From Rhina ancylostomus (Eukaryota): a stretch of DNA of 63,984 nucleotides. The stretch is taken from NCBI GenBank assembly GCA_030265395.1, contig JARFYF010000084.1, positions 63,175,176 to 63,239,159 of the forward strand. Direction: 5' to 3'. Position 1 is the first letter of the stretch, and each line of letters begins with the position of its first letter. Under the pieces are notes generated by a model that saw only the letters and a program-made list of their open reading frames with translations, made no database searches and had not been told where the DNA came from. Position numbers and translations under genes: made by a program. Shown here in pieces: positions 50,165-63,454 of this stretch.

Positions 50165-51065
50165 ATTCTAAAAGTACACCCCTTTGTCCTAGATTCCACC
50201 ATGAGGGAAAAACATCCTCTCTGCATCCACCTCAGAATTTTGTATGTTTCAAAGATCACCTCTTATTCTTCCAAACTTAAATAAATATAGGCCCAGTCTA
50301 CCTCATGAGACAACCTTTCTTTCTAGGTATTAATCTAGTGAACCTTCTCTAACGCAAGTATACTTCCTTAAATAAGATCAAAAATGTTTGCAGCATTCCA
50401 GGTATGGTCTGACCATTGCCCTGTACAGTTGTTGCAACTGTTCCTGTCTTTGTCCTCAATCCTGCCCCCACTTCCTGCAATAAAGGGCAGCATTCCATAT
50501 ATCTTCCTAATTATTTACCTTGCCTTTATGTTAACCTTTTGCATTTCATACTTCATACATTTAGCAGCATTCTGTAGTCTCTCACCATTTAAACAATAAT
50601 CGGCTTTGCCATCCTTCCCACTGAAGTGGGTAGCTCAATAGTTTCCTACATTTCCCCACATTATGCTCCACTTGCCCAATGCTTGTTCACTCACTTAACC
50701 TGTCTGTTTCCCTTTGCTGACACTCCTTATAATTTGCTTTTGTACCTACCTTTGCATCATTAGAAAATATGGCCAAATTACACTTAATCCTTTCATGAGT
50801 CATTAAGGTATATTATAAATGATTGAGGCCCCATCACTGATCCTAAGGCACTTTACTCAGTACAACTTGCCAACCTGGTATTTTTTATTATTAGTTAATC
50901 TTCTAATCATGCCACTATATCCCCTCCAACTTGGTTGGTTCTTAATTTGAGTGGTAACCTCTTTTGTGTAACACCTTATCAAATGCCTTTTGAAAATCCA
51001 AATGCAAATCATCAACAAGTTCCACTTTATCCACCCTGATAATCATTTCCTCAAAGAATTCTAAT
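50165..51065 (-). mobile_element. degraded CR1 LINE
   Basis: agatcacctcttattctt; ttgcatcattagaaaat (reverse of FADD region); ccttatcaaatgccttttgaaaatccaaa (reverse of LDFQKAFDK). Confidence 0.8.
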
Positions 51066-54000
51066 ATTTCCAGTTCTAAACTTCTCCTTATAAGGTAGAA
51101 TTAGATATAAAAACAATTTTACCTTTGTGACACAGAGGATGATGTTAGTTAAATTACCAGTTTGTTTGTGCTTTCACCATGATCAGTTTTACTCTCAATG
51201 TTTCTAAATCTATTCTGGGTTTGGTAATGCAAATACTTTAAGTAGTTTCCACCATATTCAATTGCAAGTTAAGATTAACTACTCCAAGAAAAAATGTCTT
51301 TGCTATATTTTGGCTAAGGTTTGATGGTAGAATAGTCCAACTGTTTAAAAGTAGGTGTAGAATTTTCCTGTACTTGTGTTTAGTGGTTTTATTATTTTGC
51401 ATTAAAGTCATTCTAGAGAGAAAACGAGCCGACTACAATGCAGAAGTACCTATCAAGAAGCAATTTGCACATGCAAGAAGGTTCATCAACCTAAGCAGAG
51501 GCTTTGATCCATTTGCAACTACACTACCTTGGTATCAACACTGGGGACATGGTGAGTGCACATTTAGTGGTGAGTAAAGAACAGTGAGATTATTGGCAAT
51601 TACAATATTTTTACAACATTGAACATATAAAACTTAGTCAATAAGAAACTAAAATCATTAGATTGTAATTAAAGGTCAAAAATGGTGACTGAATTGATGA
51701 GGATGTTAGTGCAATCACAGTGGACAACACAGTGACAATGCAAATATGGGGGCTGGAGGGCATTTCATGACAGCAGTCAGTGTGCAAAGCAGATATGACA
51801 CCAGAGTTGCTGTTCTGGAGTTTGGAGCTGACCATCCTTATTCAAATTCTCATGTCTGGATATGATTCAACAGCAGAGGTATCAGTCACCAGGGTTAATT
51901 AAACAAATCTTTAAACATCTACAGATATTTGTTGGTTTCTTTTTGTGACATTGCCATCATATAATAAGTGTCTGTTGCTTTCTGCAGTTGCTTTAAGTTT
52001 CAGGGGTCTGGAGGGAGTGCCTTGCATGTATTAATGGACATCTTGCTGACAAACACGAGTGCATTAGTCATTATCTCTTTGGAAGCTCTTTGGTAGTGAG
52101 AAAGAAGTGAGAACATGTGGATCAGGATAAAAAGATTAATCATAAAGGAGAAGCTCTTAGTGGAGAGCTGTGTACTGGATGTTATCAACTAAAGTGTTAA
52201 AAAACAATTTTCCTACCAGAAAATTGGCATGGAAGAAAAACATGAAATGCTTGTACTTCACTTAAGACAAAAATTTGAAATGTACCAACTATAAATGAAC
52301 TGTGTGTAAATGGAAGATTCAAGTTAATGAGAATAAACATTTTCCAAATATTTTGTTCACTTATTTGCCTTTGCTTCAAGGCCTAACTAAGCATATGTGT
52401 TAGGAGCTGCAAAAAAAACACCAAATGCATACCTTTTAGTTATAAGTCATATAACATTCTAACCTGTTATCCTTGGTTTGTAATCCATCCAAGGTACAAT
52501 AGCCAAATTGTCTTTGTAGCCGATACAACTAAAAACTAATTTATTTGGTTTTCTAGTACCTATTGACAGGCATCTTTAAAATATATTAACATTGTAGTTA
52601 TTTCCAAAGTGCTATATCAAACTTATGTAACCTTGAGATGAAATATTTTGTTTAGCCCTGGACGTAGCTAAAAAGGGCAGTGAAATACATAAGGGCTTCC
52701 TCCTTATAGTAGCTGGCATGAAAATAAGCTACTGGTGGGAAAATAAATCATGTNNNNNNNNNNNNNNNNNNNNNNNNNNNNNNNNNNNNNNNNNNNNNNN
52801 NNNNNNNNNNNNNNNNNNNNNNNNNNNNNNNNNNNNNNNNNNNNNNNNNNNNNACCCTTTCCAACAATATTAATTCTGTTTAAATGCTGTTCACGACCTA
52901 CTCTCACACTAAGTTATCAGAACTTGATTTAATTTATGAGAGATCATTTATACTATTTGTGGAAGGATTGTGTGTTTGAGAACTGTTTCTGATTGTATAT
53001 TGTGTAGCATCCAAATTTAGCTAGAGTAAAATTTATAAAAGTTATAAAAAAAGTGAGTTAGTAAATATTCATATTTTCAGAGTATTTATCTGTAGTAAAG
53101 TGGTTGAATAGGAGGTTTATTTGACATCAAAAATTATATCTATGTTGTATTGTAGTTTCAGCTGTGAAACACACTTAACTGATAGGCTCTGACTTGTATA
53201 AGGTATGTGAAAATATTTTATAAATGTAGTTTCTTGTCCATCAAAAACAATGTGACAGCATCATAGTCCAAAACTTTATCTGATGACTAAATATCTGAGA
53301 ACTAATTGAACTGTGGTTCCTCTTCAGATTACTGTGGCTTGATTATTTATTTTGCTTTCCATTTTCTATAGAGTAAAGGTCTCATGCTTCATAAAATAAT
53401 ACACTTCTGTCCATTTTCAATCATTTATAATCATCATTCAAATAACTGTGGGTACCGTTTGGACTGATGGCTTATACTTCTGTGTTTAATCTTCCAAGGT
53501 TATGCAAAGCTACACTCCAAACTTCTTTTTCTGAATGATTTCTCTGTGGGTAGTTTTGCTCTTTTCTCACATGAAAGGCACAAGTGTTTCTGGTTGTAAA
53601 GTATTATTATGCACCATTTCATTTTATAAATATCTTTTATTTGGATTTTGCAGTAAAACCATTAAAGAAGATATCAGTCCTTCTAATAAATAAACAGTAA
53701 ATCAGGCAAGATCATCAAATTACTGCAGAAACAGAAACTGAATGTGGAAATTAGGAATTTGCTGATCAATTTACCATGCTTTTCCAGAGGCTTTACTGCA
53801 GTTATATCTCACGATGATGCTGCACTGAAAAATGTGTGAAATTGTTGTATTTGTTCTCTAGATGCCCATTAAGCTCACCAGGAAAAGTTAGGCCTTGTTC
53901 AATCTGATGCATGTAGATTTTACTTCATCTTACTTCATTACTGCCAATTAATCTGGCATTGAAAATGGTCTCATTTCTTCAGATTGAATTAGTATTGTAG

Positions 54001-54349
54001 ATTTTAAAATAAGTATTCCTGTGAGCTTAGTTCTGTATTTTCCTCTCTAGTGCTATTATTATTTTTTTTCTCCCTTTACATGCTCATCTACTAAAAATCT
54101 ATTGATTTATTTGACTGAACACCAACAGCCTTTTGAGGGAAAACATATTTCTGATCTCAGTATTTCATATATGAAACTAAGAGATAAAGTTCAAAATTTC
54201 AACAGCCTGTCTATTTACATTTTTTTAATGTGCTTGCTTTTAAGGAATTATATGCATATGTATTTAAATAACATGAACCCTTCATTAATCTCAATCTTTA
54301 CTATAAAATAAATATTTTCATTTAACATTTTTGGATCAAAACTGGATTA

Positions 54350-55470
54350 TTTTCCAACATTACATAGCATCTGTCAGAGTTTTATCACACAATTGATTTA
54401 TTCCTTTAACAATCTGTTGCCAGCTACTTATTCTGTTAATGACAATTGTATTATCTGTAAATCTGTGTACACTTCCAAATGATAAATATATATGTTGGCT
54501 CCCTCTACAATCCTGGAGAATGCATTTTGTCAGTTCCCAATAATAAGGATCCATCCTTTTGTCCTTACTCCTACTTCCCAGCCTCCAAATACATGTATTT
54601 TTATGAATAAACTTTGCATTTATTCTGTAAGCCACTTAAGAATTTTTTGTTTTAATACAATAACAATCTGCAAAAAATTCAACCCACCTTAAATCCTTTG
54701 TCTAAGTAACTTAAGAAGGAAAGAAATGTAATATGATAGACAAATTAAAAAAAGTATTCAGTAAGATATTGCAAAATTAACTCATGGCTAATCTCAAAAT
54801 GTCTCTGATAAGGGGAGAAATAGCAGGATGGAAATCAAGCTACAAAACAGGAAACACATAATATTAGTTAAAGGCAGTTACTCAGATTGGCAAAGGTGGG
54901 AAGGAGATAACTGTTCACTCTTTACATAAATAATTTGGAGTTGGGTATTGGAAAAGGAATGTAAAAAATATGGCTGAGGCAATATTGAGGAATATAGTTA
55001 ATGGAGAGCAAAACTGCAAGAAAAAGGACAATATTATCATTATATTAACCTTCACCAGTGCTCTACATAGTTTTTATAATATGATCAGAATCGTTCACAG
55101 TACGCTGAGTGTGGTCTAAACATATTTAACATGATTTATCTACTTTTCATTTTATCCCTCCAGACTATAAAAGGGTTTGTTAAGCTAAATTTAGCAATAA
55201 ATTTCCACTGCAGATGAGAAGTAAATATATTACTGATAAATCTAAAAGAGAATTCAGAAGAAAGTTCCTTAACCAGAGAATGGTTAAAATGTGGAACTAG
55301 CTACCACAAGGTGTATAAGCAAAGGTGCATTTAAGGGAACCGAGATAAACATATGAGAATAGAGGACTATGTTGCTAAAATTTGATAAAGTAGGGTGAGA
55401 ACAGGCTTGAGTGGAGCATACATAGTGGCTGGGATTGTTCAATTGAATACCCTGTTTCTGTGCTGTAAAT
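54350..55470. mobile_element. cluster of very old CR1 fragments in both orientations
   Basis: ggagaatgcattttgtcagttccc (minus); aaccagagaatggttaaaatgtggaact...gcatttaaggg (plus). Confidence 0.5.
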
Positions 55471-55859
55471 ATTGTGCAACATTCAATCAACATTTTTGTC
55501 ATTTCCTTGTTCTTTGTGGTTTTGTCTGTATCTATTTTTAATGGGTCACATTTCTCTTAACAAGTTTACAAAAAGGCAAAATTGCCCTTTGCCTTGCAAA
55601 ATTGACTCCTCTTGCAAGTTTGTTTTCAAATTCCATTTTGCATATTATTATGTCCTTCATGTAAATTGGTTACTTAATATGCACTTATCCCCTGTATTTT
55701 CTTAGAATTTTATGTACCTCTTCATTTGAAATTTCTTCTCACCTCACTTTTGTGACCACGGCTTAATTGGAGCAGATTGAACCGACTGTTATCCTTTAAT
55801 ATTTTAGCACCTCTCTTTATTAGGTATAAAATCAGAGGCAGAATCACAAAAACACGATT

Positions 55860-56400
55860 CTTTTTTTCATTTTTCAGGATGTAGATGTCACTGCCAAAGC
55901 CAGCATTTATTGCCCATCTCGATTTGACCTGGGGAGGTGCCAGTGAACCTCCTCTTTCAAATGTTGTCACCATTATGGTGTTGGGTTGAAAGTTCTAGGA
56001 TTTAGACAAAACAATGATGAAGGAATGACTGCACAATTCCAAGTCAGGATGATGTGTGACTTAAGGAGAATCTGCAGGTGGTGGTGTTCCCATGAACATT
56101 CAGCCCCTGACCTTCTTGTTAGTAGAGGTTTTAGGTTTTGTGGGAGGTTGTGCTGGAGTAGTCTGGGTCAGTAACTGCAGAATATATTTTGTAGATGGTA
56201 CACACTGCAACCATGGTGTAATGGAGGTGGAGGAAATGATTGCTTAGAGTGGTTGATTGGATACCAGGCTAATAGATTGCTTTTTTTTGGATGGTTATGA
56301 GCTTCTTTTGAATTGTTGGAGCTGCACCTATTCCATTACAGACCTTCTAAATGGAGGAAACATTTTGGGGTGAAAGGAGTTGAGTCATTTAATCATAGGA
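55860..56400 (-). mobile_element. CR1/L2-group LINE 3' portion (second family)
   Basis: ttttttcatt...gccagcatttattgcccat...ttccaagtcaggatg...gcaggtggtggtgttccc is the reverse complement of the 34100-34490 region. Confidence 0.78.
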
Positions 56401-56407
56401 TATACAG

Positions 56408-56560
56408 TGGAGACACAAAAGACTGCAGATGCTAAAATCTGGAGCAACCAACAAGGCGCTGGAGGAACTCAGTAGGTTAGGCATCATCTATGGAGAGATG
56501 ATGTTTCAAGTCAAGACCCAGATGAAGGACTTCAGTCTAAGTAAAGGGTCTCGACACTGA
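56408..56560 (-). mobile_element. Penelope-type terminal repeat
   Basis: ggagacacaaaagactgcagatgct...ctggaggaactcag...gatgtttcaagtcaagaccc...aagggtctcgac. Confidence 0.75.
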
Positions 56561-56579
56561 ATTCCAGACAATTTTCTGC

Positions 56580-56920
56580 CCTTGCACCCTATTGTCTACT
56601 TGTACTGCACTTTCTCTGTAACTGTAACATTCAGATACTTTGCCTTCTGTTATTGTTTTTCCCTTTGTATTACCTTGATGTACTTGTGTTTTGAAAGGAT
56701 CTGTATGGATGGCATGCAAAACAATGTTTTTCATTTTGTCTCAGTACATGGGACAATGCTAAACCAATTACCAATTCCAAAAACGTAGGGGTTAGGAAGT
56801 TGTGGGCATGCTATGTTGGTGCCAGAAGTGTGGCGACACTTGTGGGCTGCTCCCAGAAAAGATGTATTTCACTGTGTTTCGATGTACATATGACTAATAA
56901 AGATACCTTACCTTATCTTA
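56580..56920 (+). mobile_element. Rex1-type 3' UTR (56580-56778) abutting V-SINE 3' half (56774-56920)
   Basis: ctgtatggatggcatgcaaaacaatg...gtacatgggacaat..aaaccaattacc, then ggttaggaagttgtgggcatgctatgttgg...atttcactgtgtttcgatgtacatatgactaataaagatacctta. Confidence 0.75.
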
Positions 56921-57254
56921 AATGTTTCTTGCGACTTGAGGCTACAAAGCCCGAGTGTTGCTTGATCTTTGCTACATGCAGGTACAGGTTGCTTCATTTT
57001 CTAAGGAATTGCAAATGGAATTTAACACAGTGTAATCATTTACCTCTTGTTTTTGAGGATTTCCAACTGTGACGCTTGTAGTTTCTGCAGGTCTGTGTGT
57101 GGAGGAAATGTCTGAATAATCAATTGTTCTGGAATGTTGATCAGTTGAATTTTATTTTTTGAGAAGCATCTGTGGTCATTCTAAATGCAGTATTTTACAG
57201 CAAGTCACTTAATAAGAGGAAGCATTCGCACAAATGTTTATATTTCCCTTATGT

Positions 57255-57585
57255 TATGGGTGGACGCCAATTGACCCACTGAGTCTATGCTGGCTTTCAG
57301 AACAATTCCACGAATCGCATTCCACCCCCCCCCTCCTTATTTCCTTATAATGTGTTTTCTCACACATGCCTTTTAACAACGTCTGATTCTGCTGCCAGCC
57401 AACTATGCTGGGTAATTTACAGTACCAATTAACCTCTCAACCAACACATCATTGAGATGTGAGATGAACCGAATCACCCAGCAGAAACCCATTGTTGTCA
57501 CAGGGGGAACATGCAAACTCTGAACACACAACATTGGAGGGCAGGATTGAAGATGGGTTGCTGGTGTGCCACTGTACCACATATA
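57255..57585 (-). mobile_element. degraded V-SINE
   Basis: ggtaatttacagtaccaattaacct...gaaacccattgttgtcacagggggaacatgcaaactc. Confidence 0.7.
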
Positions 57586-58242
57586 ATGAAGGCCTCTCTG
57601 CTTCATATATTGAAAGCTATTCTAATACTTTGTTTTGCTAAGGCAAGAATATCCTGACCTTAAACCAGCTGAAGCAATAACTGATAAAATTCACCAGATA
57701 TATAATTTGTTTAATGGCAAACTTTTCTTAAATAAGAATTGAAAAAAAACTACAATAATGTGTATCATTTGGACCACTTGTATAAAGTGAAATCAGGAAA
57801 TGAGAGTAAAAAATTGGTTAATTTCTAACATTTAAAAGGTGAGAAGTTAGCTTCTCAAATTAAGCAGATTGTTAAAATAAATGAGCATTAGCATATGATA
57901 TGGTGGTTGAATGTATTCTCTTGAAGGTGTGACTTTTAAATTTAATTATACACTTCCTTTGTAGATGTGAACCACCATGCAAGATTGAGGAGATAAAACA
58001 ACCTGTAATTCAATATTAATTCTTGTCTTTTCTCTCTAAATATTGTACTTGGGAAATAAATGCATAAAATTAAAATTCAGAGTGAAATGCCAGGTCACTT
58101 GCTTGCCCTAGTGGCGACAGCTTTATCAGTTGTAAAAAGGAATTTACAGGTTTATTTTTCTACAAGCTATTTTTGTTTTAACTTGTGTTGTTCAGTGCTA
58201 TCCTAGCCCTCTGCATAGAAAGTAATGCTGTTATTAGGAGAG

Positions 58243-59625
58243 TTCAAGTTTATTGTCATGGACATACATACCTAAGGTATAAATGCCATGAAAATTAGCT
58301 TTTTGCAGCAGCAGCAGCGTACTTTACAAACATAAGATATAAGATTTCTTTATTAGTTACATGTACATTGAAAGACACAGTGAAATGCATCTTTTGCGCA
58401 GATTGTTCTGGGGGCAGCCCACAAGTATTGCCGCACGTTCAGTGCCAACATAGCATGCCCACAACTTCCTTTGGAATGTGTGAGGAAACCGGAGCACCCA
58501 GGGGAAACCCATGCAGTCATGGGGAGAACATACAAACTCCTTACAGACAGCGGCTGGATTTGAAGCTGGGTCGCTGGCGCTGTAATAGCGTTATGCTAAC
58601 CACTACACTACTGTGCCTGCCATGACAAACGTAAGTTACATAAACTTAAATTAACATAAATTATACATAACTTACATGACACACTAAACAAAAATTAACA
58701 TAACCACATTAGTGCAAATTGAGGAAATTATAATCCAGGGTAGTGTTAGGGTTTTNNNNNNNNNNNNNNNNNNNNNNNNNNNNNNNNNNNNNNNNNNNNN
58801 NNNNNNNNNNNNNNNNNNNNNNNNNNNNNNNNNNNNNNNNNNNNNNNNNNNNNNNACTGTGGCTGCCATGACAAACGTAAGTTACCTAAACTTAAATTAA
58901 CATAAATTATACATAACTTACATGACACAATAAACAAAAATTAACATAACCACATTAGTGCAAATTGAGGAAATTATAATCCAGGGTAGTGTTAGGGTTT
59001 TTTGGGTCGGTTCAAGAACCTGATGGCAGTGGGGATGAAGGTGTTGTTGAACCTTGAGGTCTGGGTCTTCAGGCTCCTGTACCTCCTTGCTGATGGCAAC
59101 AATGAGAAGAAGGCATGGCCCTGATGGTGGGGGTCCCTGATGGTGGGGGGTCCCTGATGATGGATGCCTCCTTCCTGAGACATTGCCTCTTGTAGATATC
59201 CTCGATGGTAGGGAGAGATGTACCTATGACGGAACTGGCTGAGTCAGTCCCCTACTCTCTGTAGCTTCTTGCATTTCTGTGCGTTGGAGATTACATACCA
59301 GGCCATGATGTAACCAGTCAAAATGCTTTCCACAGTGCATCTGTAGAAGTTTGTCAGAGTCTTTGGTGACATGCTGAATCTCCTTGAACTTCCAATAAAA
59401 TAGAGATGCTGCCACACCTTCTTCATGGTTACATCTGTGTGCTGGGCCCAGGATGTTGAGTACTCCGAGATATTGACACCCAGGAACTTAAAGCTGCTCA
59501 CCCTTTCCACTGCAGACCCCCCTTAAGTACTGGTGCTAGTTTGCCTGACTTCCCCTTCTTAAAGCCTGCAACCAGCTCCTTGGCTTTACTGACACTGAGT
59601 GCAAGGTTGTTGTTATGACATTAGC
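58243..59625 (-). mobile_element. Rex1/Babar LINE 3' portion with nested V-SINE
   Basis: ERVSSFKFLGVNISE...LTNFYRCTVESILTG..AWY (59244-59510) and DPHHQGHAFFSLLPSARRYRSLKTQTSRFNNTFIPTAIRFLN (58992-59183); tail ttcaagtttattgtca. Confidence 0.93.
58334..58620 (-). mobile_element. near full-length V-SINE with non-CR1 tail
   Basis: Minus strand: gcaggcacagtagtgtagtggttagc (A-box-like)...cttcaaatcc (B-box-like)...ctgtctgtaaggagtttgta...V-domain...catttcactgtgtctttcaatgtacatgtaactaataaagaaatcttatatctt. Confidence 0.9.
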
Positions 59626-60939
59626 TGACCTATCTCATAAGCTCACGACCTGGACACTTGAAGATTCTTGTCTATTTTGTCCTATGTTACAAAGGTGACT
59701 TCACAGGTTGTAAAAGTGTTTTGGAAATTCTGTGGTTGTGAAAGACACTCTAAATATTTTTCTTATGTTATTGTCCTCCCACCTCCATGTTGCAAGTGCA
59801 GAAGAGCAAGCCAGATAATGTCTTCAGCATAGATGGCATAATGAGAAAGGAATTGGGCCAGTCAAAGTGGATAAAATTATTCCTCTAATCTAGTACATAA
59901 GCCAATGGTTGCAATATTGAGTTGGCACCCTAAGAAGAATAAACATTGTCAGGCAATAATTTAAACCTTTTTCTTTCACAGGAGGAACTGAGACTAAAGA
60001 AAATTCCCAGAACTAGATCCTGAAGTGTTAATTTAGTTAGAAAATGAACTGCAGTGAATGATTCATTCATGATAAAATAAGATAGTTGCTCTCTGGTGTT
60101 AATTGTGAGTCAGAGGATGTGATCTTTTATCAGAACATCAGTGATATACCATGAACATATATTACAAATCCTTAATTTCATGTAATACTGCCCCTAAACA
60201 ATTTTTTAAAAATGATAACATTTAAAAGACAGGAAATCCTGTTCTTGCACCAGAACAGTGGTGTGGCAGACTTATCCATATTCTTTCTCAGCTCTTACCC
60301 TATCCCAAATTCTGAGGATGGGCTCACTCTAATGACAGGGAAGCAACATAATTCCGGAGTGGCTCCTTGTTCAATGTTTAGATTGGCCAAAGTGTTGAAC
60401 AGGAAAATTGTCAAGAAGCATTCTCCATTTCTGTTTCTGTAAGTGTTTGGTGATTTCCAGGGTCCTTCATAATTGATGAGGTCTTCAAGAGATGGAGTGT
60501 GAGATTCTTACTTCAAGGTTTCAGCTCGAACTATTTGTTTCCAGATGCATTTCCAGATATCGGTATTGTGATGCTGGGGAAAACGAGCAGAAGCTTGCAG
60601 AGAAGATAGGCTGGCAGGGAATGGGCAAGGTATGTAAATAGGAGGCCAAATCTGCCCAGCATATTCAGGGAGAACACTCCTGTCAGAACCTGCTAGGAGC
60701 AATTTGTGAGATAATTGTTCTTCAGAAGAATGTTCTCTTTGAAATTGTCACCTGCTGCAGCTACAACTTTAAATAACTTGATGCCAATGACTCAGGCAAT
60801 GAACATGTTTTTTGTCAAGATCTTTCCAAGCTAAGATAATGACATTTTTTTAAAAACTGGTATTTTGGCTACATTGCTTGAAGAAAATGGGCTGATGATG
60901 GATTTCTTTTCCAAGAAGAATCAAATAATTTTTCTTATA

Positions 60940-61034
60940 AATAATAAAAACAGAATCAGGCAAAATCAGATCAGGCAAAATCTGTGGAGAGAGAAAGAGA
61001 ATCAATGTTTCAGGTCTGACCTTTCATCAGAACT
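60940..61034 (-). mobile_element. Penelope-type terminal repeat with hammerhead motif at 61000-61034
   Basis: Minus strand reads agtt CTGATGA aaggtcagacct GAAAC att gatt ctctttctctctccacaga. Confidence 0.75.
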
Positions 61035-62429
61035 CTCTCCTCAATTTCTTTTACTCCTGCCAAAGGGCAGCAGATGGGATAGGGAAATGACTTTAAGCTA
61101 CCAGGAGCCAATTGTCATTGACTGTGCACCGTATCATTTTGTGAGTGTCACATGTCTGCTTTGTGATGTAGCACAAGCAATAGGGATTCCAGGTCCTCAG
61201 TATTTAGTTGGTTGACACCTACATTATTCAGGCCAGTGCCCAGGATCCTGGCTACAGTCCCAACACTTTTGTTCTGGAACAGTCTGTTGTGCCATCCATG
61301 TTTCAGCCCCAACTACAATCCAAAAGATAGTTACTAGATGATGACAGCTATCCATTATGGCCAAGCCACTTATCTGTGGAGGTGCCCTGAATAATACTTC
61401 TCAAGATTTGTGCTGGGTCTGCTGGATTATGCACAGCTGTACAGCAAGCAGGAGTACGGGCAGAAGGAGAAGGAAGAGACATAACCTCGGTAAGTACCTT
61501 CTGATTGGGCTACTCACAATTTATCCAACTTCAATACGAATATGCACCATAGTAATTCACCCTTTATCTCTAATTTGCCATTTTGCCACACTATAAAAAG
61601 TCAACATAAGCTAAATGTCTAAATCAACTTTAAAAATCAAAGCATGAAAATTACATGGAAATGCCTTTGTTTTCATGTTCTGTGTACCCTTGCTTGTCCT
61701 ACTCAGACAGCAACGGCTCAAGTAGGAAAGATAGAAGTCTGGGCAGCCTGGACGACAAGCAACAACTAAGGTTCAGGTTCAGGTTCGTGCTCTTGAGAAT
61801 CACTGCCTTTCCCCAGGAATGATGTGGTCTGCTGGAGGACAGATTACTATGAAATGCTGTAATGTACTATAAACATTGTCTTCCAAAGCAAAAAAGGCAG
61901 CAAGATGACTGTGTCTGTTCGAAGTTTTCCAGATATTGGGTGGCTTTTGCTAATCCTGCAACAAGAGGCTGAGACATTAGCCTTGAGATCCTGAATTAAG
62001 ATTCAGATGAAACATTTTGGAATGTTAGTTCTACTTTTCTTTCCACAGATGCTGCCTGGCCTGTTGAGTAGCTCTTGAATTTTCAATTTTTCTTTCAGAT
62101 TTCCAGTGTAGCATTTTCCTTTAATTCCCTCGGTGACGGTTTGGTGAATCATCCCCAATTTCCATTTTAAAAAGGGTAGCCAGAAAACTCTGCATGAAGC
62201 CTTTTGCCAGGTTTCCTAATTCCTTTGTGCACTGAGTGACTGTGTTGCTTACTCTTGACTTCTTCAAATATTATCCCCCTGCCTTGTAGTTCTTGGAACT
62301 CAAAGGTAAAGTGAATAAGGTTGTCAGAGGGAGAATGGAATGAGGGGATCTGAGGAAGATAAAAACCACAGAAAAGCAAAATGCTGCAGAATTTGAAAAT
62401 CAGAAAAGAGCTATACATGATATTCCAAG

Positions 62430-62770
62430 AGCAGTCTCATCAAGGCTCAAAGTAACTTCAGTAAGATATCCTTATCTATGCACAAATTCTATTGCAATAA
62501 AGGTCAATGTACCCTTTGCCTTCCTGATTGCTTGTTGTTCTTGCATGTTAATTTTCTGTGGTCTGTGTATGAAGATTCTGAGATCCCACTGAACACCAAC
62601 ACCTTTCAATCTCTCATCATTTAAAAAGTTGTACGTGTTTTCTACATTTTAATACCAAAGTGGATGACCTCACATTATATTCCACCTGCAATATACTTGC
62701 CCATTCATTTAGCCTATCTACATCCCCCTGAAGCCTCTGAGTCACATGCTGCCGCCCAGCTTTGTATACA
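62430..62770 (-). mobile_element. degraded CR1 fragment
   Basis: QRLQGDVDRLNEWASILQVEYNV (ORF 62617-62829). Confidence 0.8.
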
Positions 62771-63454
62771 GGAGGATTTGGTGTGAGCAAATGGAAATAA
62801 CCTGTGGATTCAGCCAAGCTGTCAGTCACGTAGTCATTAAAGTTGGTCTAGTTTTCCCCAGCACGCTTTGCCATGGAAGATAAAATGACAGAGCTGTGCC
62901 TTTCTGCAACAGTTAGTTGCTGATGCTGGTGATTTTGTTTCAATTTGTCTTGCAAAAGAGTGTCACGCGCTGTATTTAAGTGATGTGCTTGCAAATTCTG
63001 AATCGATGCCAAGGTGTGAAAGCTATGCAAGGCTTGCAGCAATTCTGTGTGTGAAGTTGTGGTGGAGTAGATGAACATTAGTTACAAGTCCTGATTAATG
63101 GAGGTTCTTCTTTTGATGAGCCATTGCTCCTATCAGTTGTGTATTTGCTCAGATATGGCATTTCAGGATGTGTTCACTGACTGTGACCATTTGGGTGAAA
63201 TAATTGAAAAAAACTGAGGCACTTTTATTCAGGTTCTTGGAATTTGAATCCTTATCATTGATTGCTCTTGTTATTTCTTTCCACTGCCTTCACAGGGATG
63301 CCTGCTGAACACCCCCCACAACCCCACCCTTCTCCCTTTTACTGTACAACTCCTCAATCAAGATCTTTGATACAGCATTAGAAAATCATGGTGCATGCAC
63401 CCCTGTGCCATTGTTGAATGTCTCCTAGTCACAATGTATTCCAGAATATTGTCG

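Noticed and set aside
51760-51870. SYPD-like match considered as the missing ZNF622 exon
   Set aside because: The minus-strand frame ESYPDMRI hits a stop immediately and lacks the downstream MELILPSG motif.
58610-59001. ~145-bp direct repeat flanking an N gap
   Set aside because: Near-identical sequence on both sides of a 100-N gap is typical of unmerged contig overlap or haplotype, not a real duplication.
60545-60629. Possible + strand exon (tttgtttccAG...aagGTATGT)
   Set aside because: The open frame CISRYRYCDAGENEQKLAEKIGWQGMGK matches nothing I recognise and has no partner exons; it cannot be supported without RNA data.
61357-61596. ORF with basic stretch GRRRRKR and internal GTAAGT donor-like site
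   Set aside because: No homology recognised and no convincing upstream acceptor.
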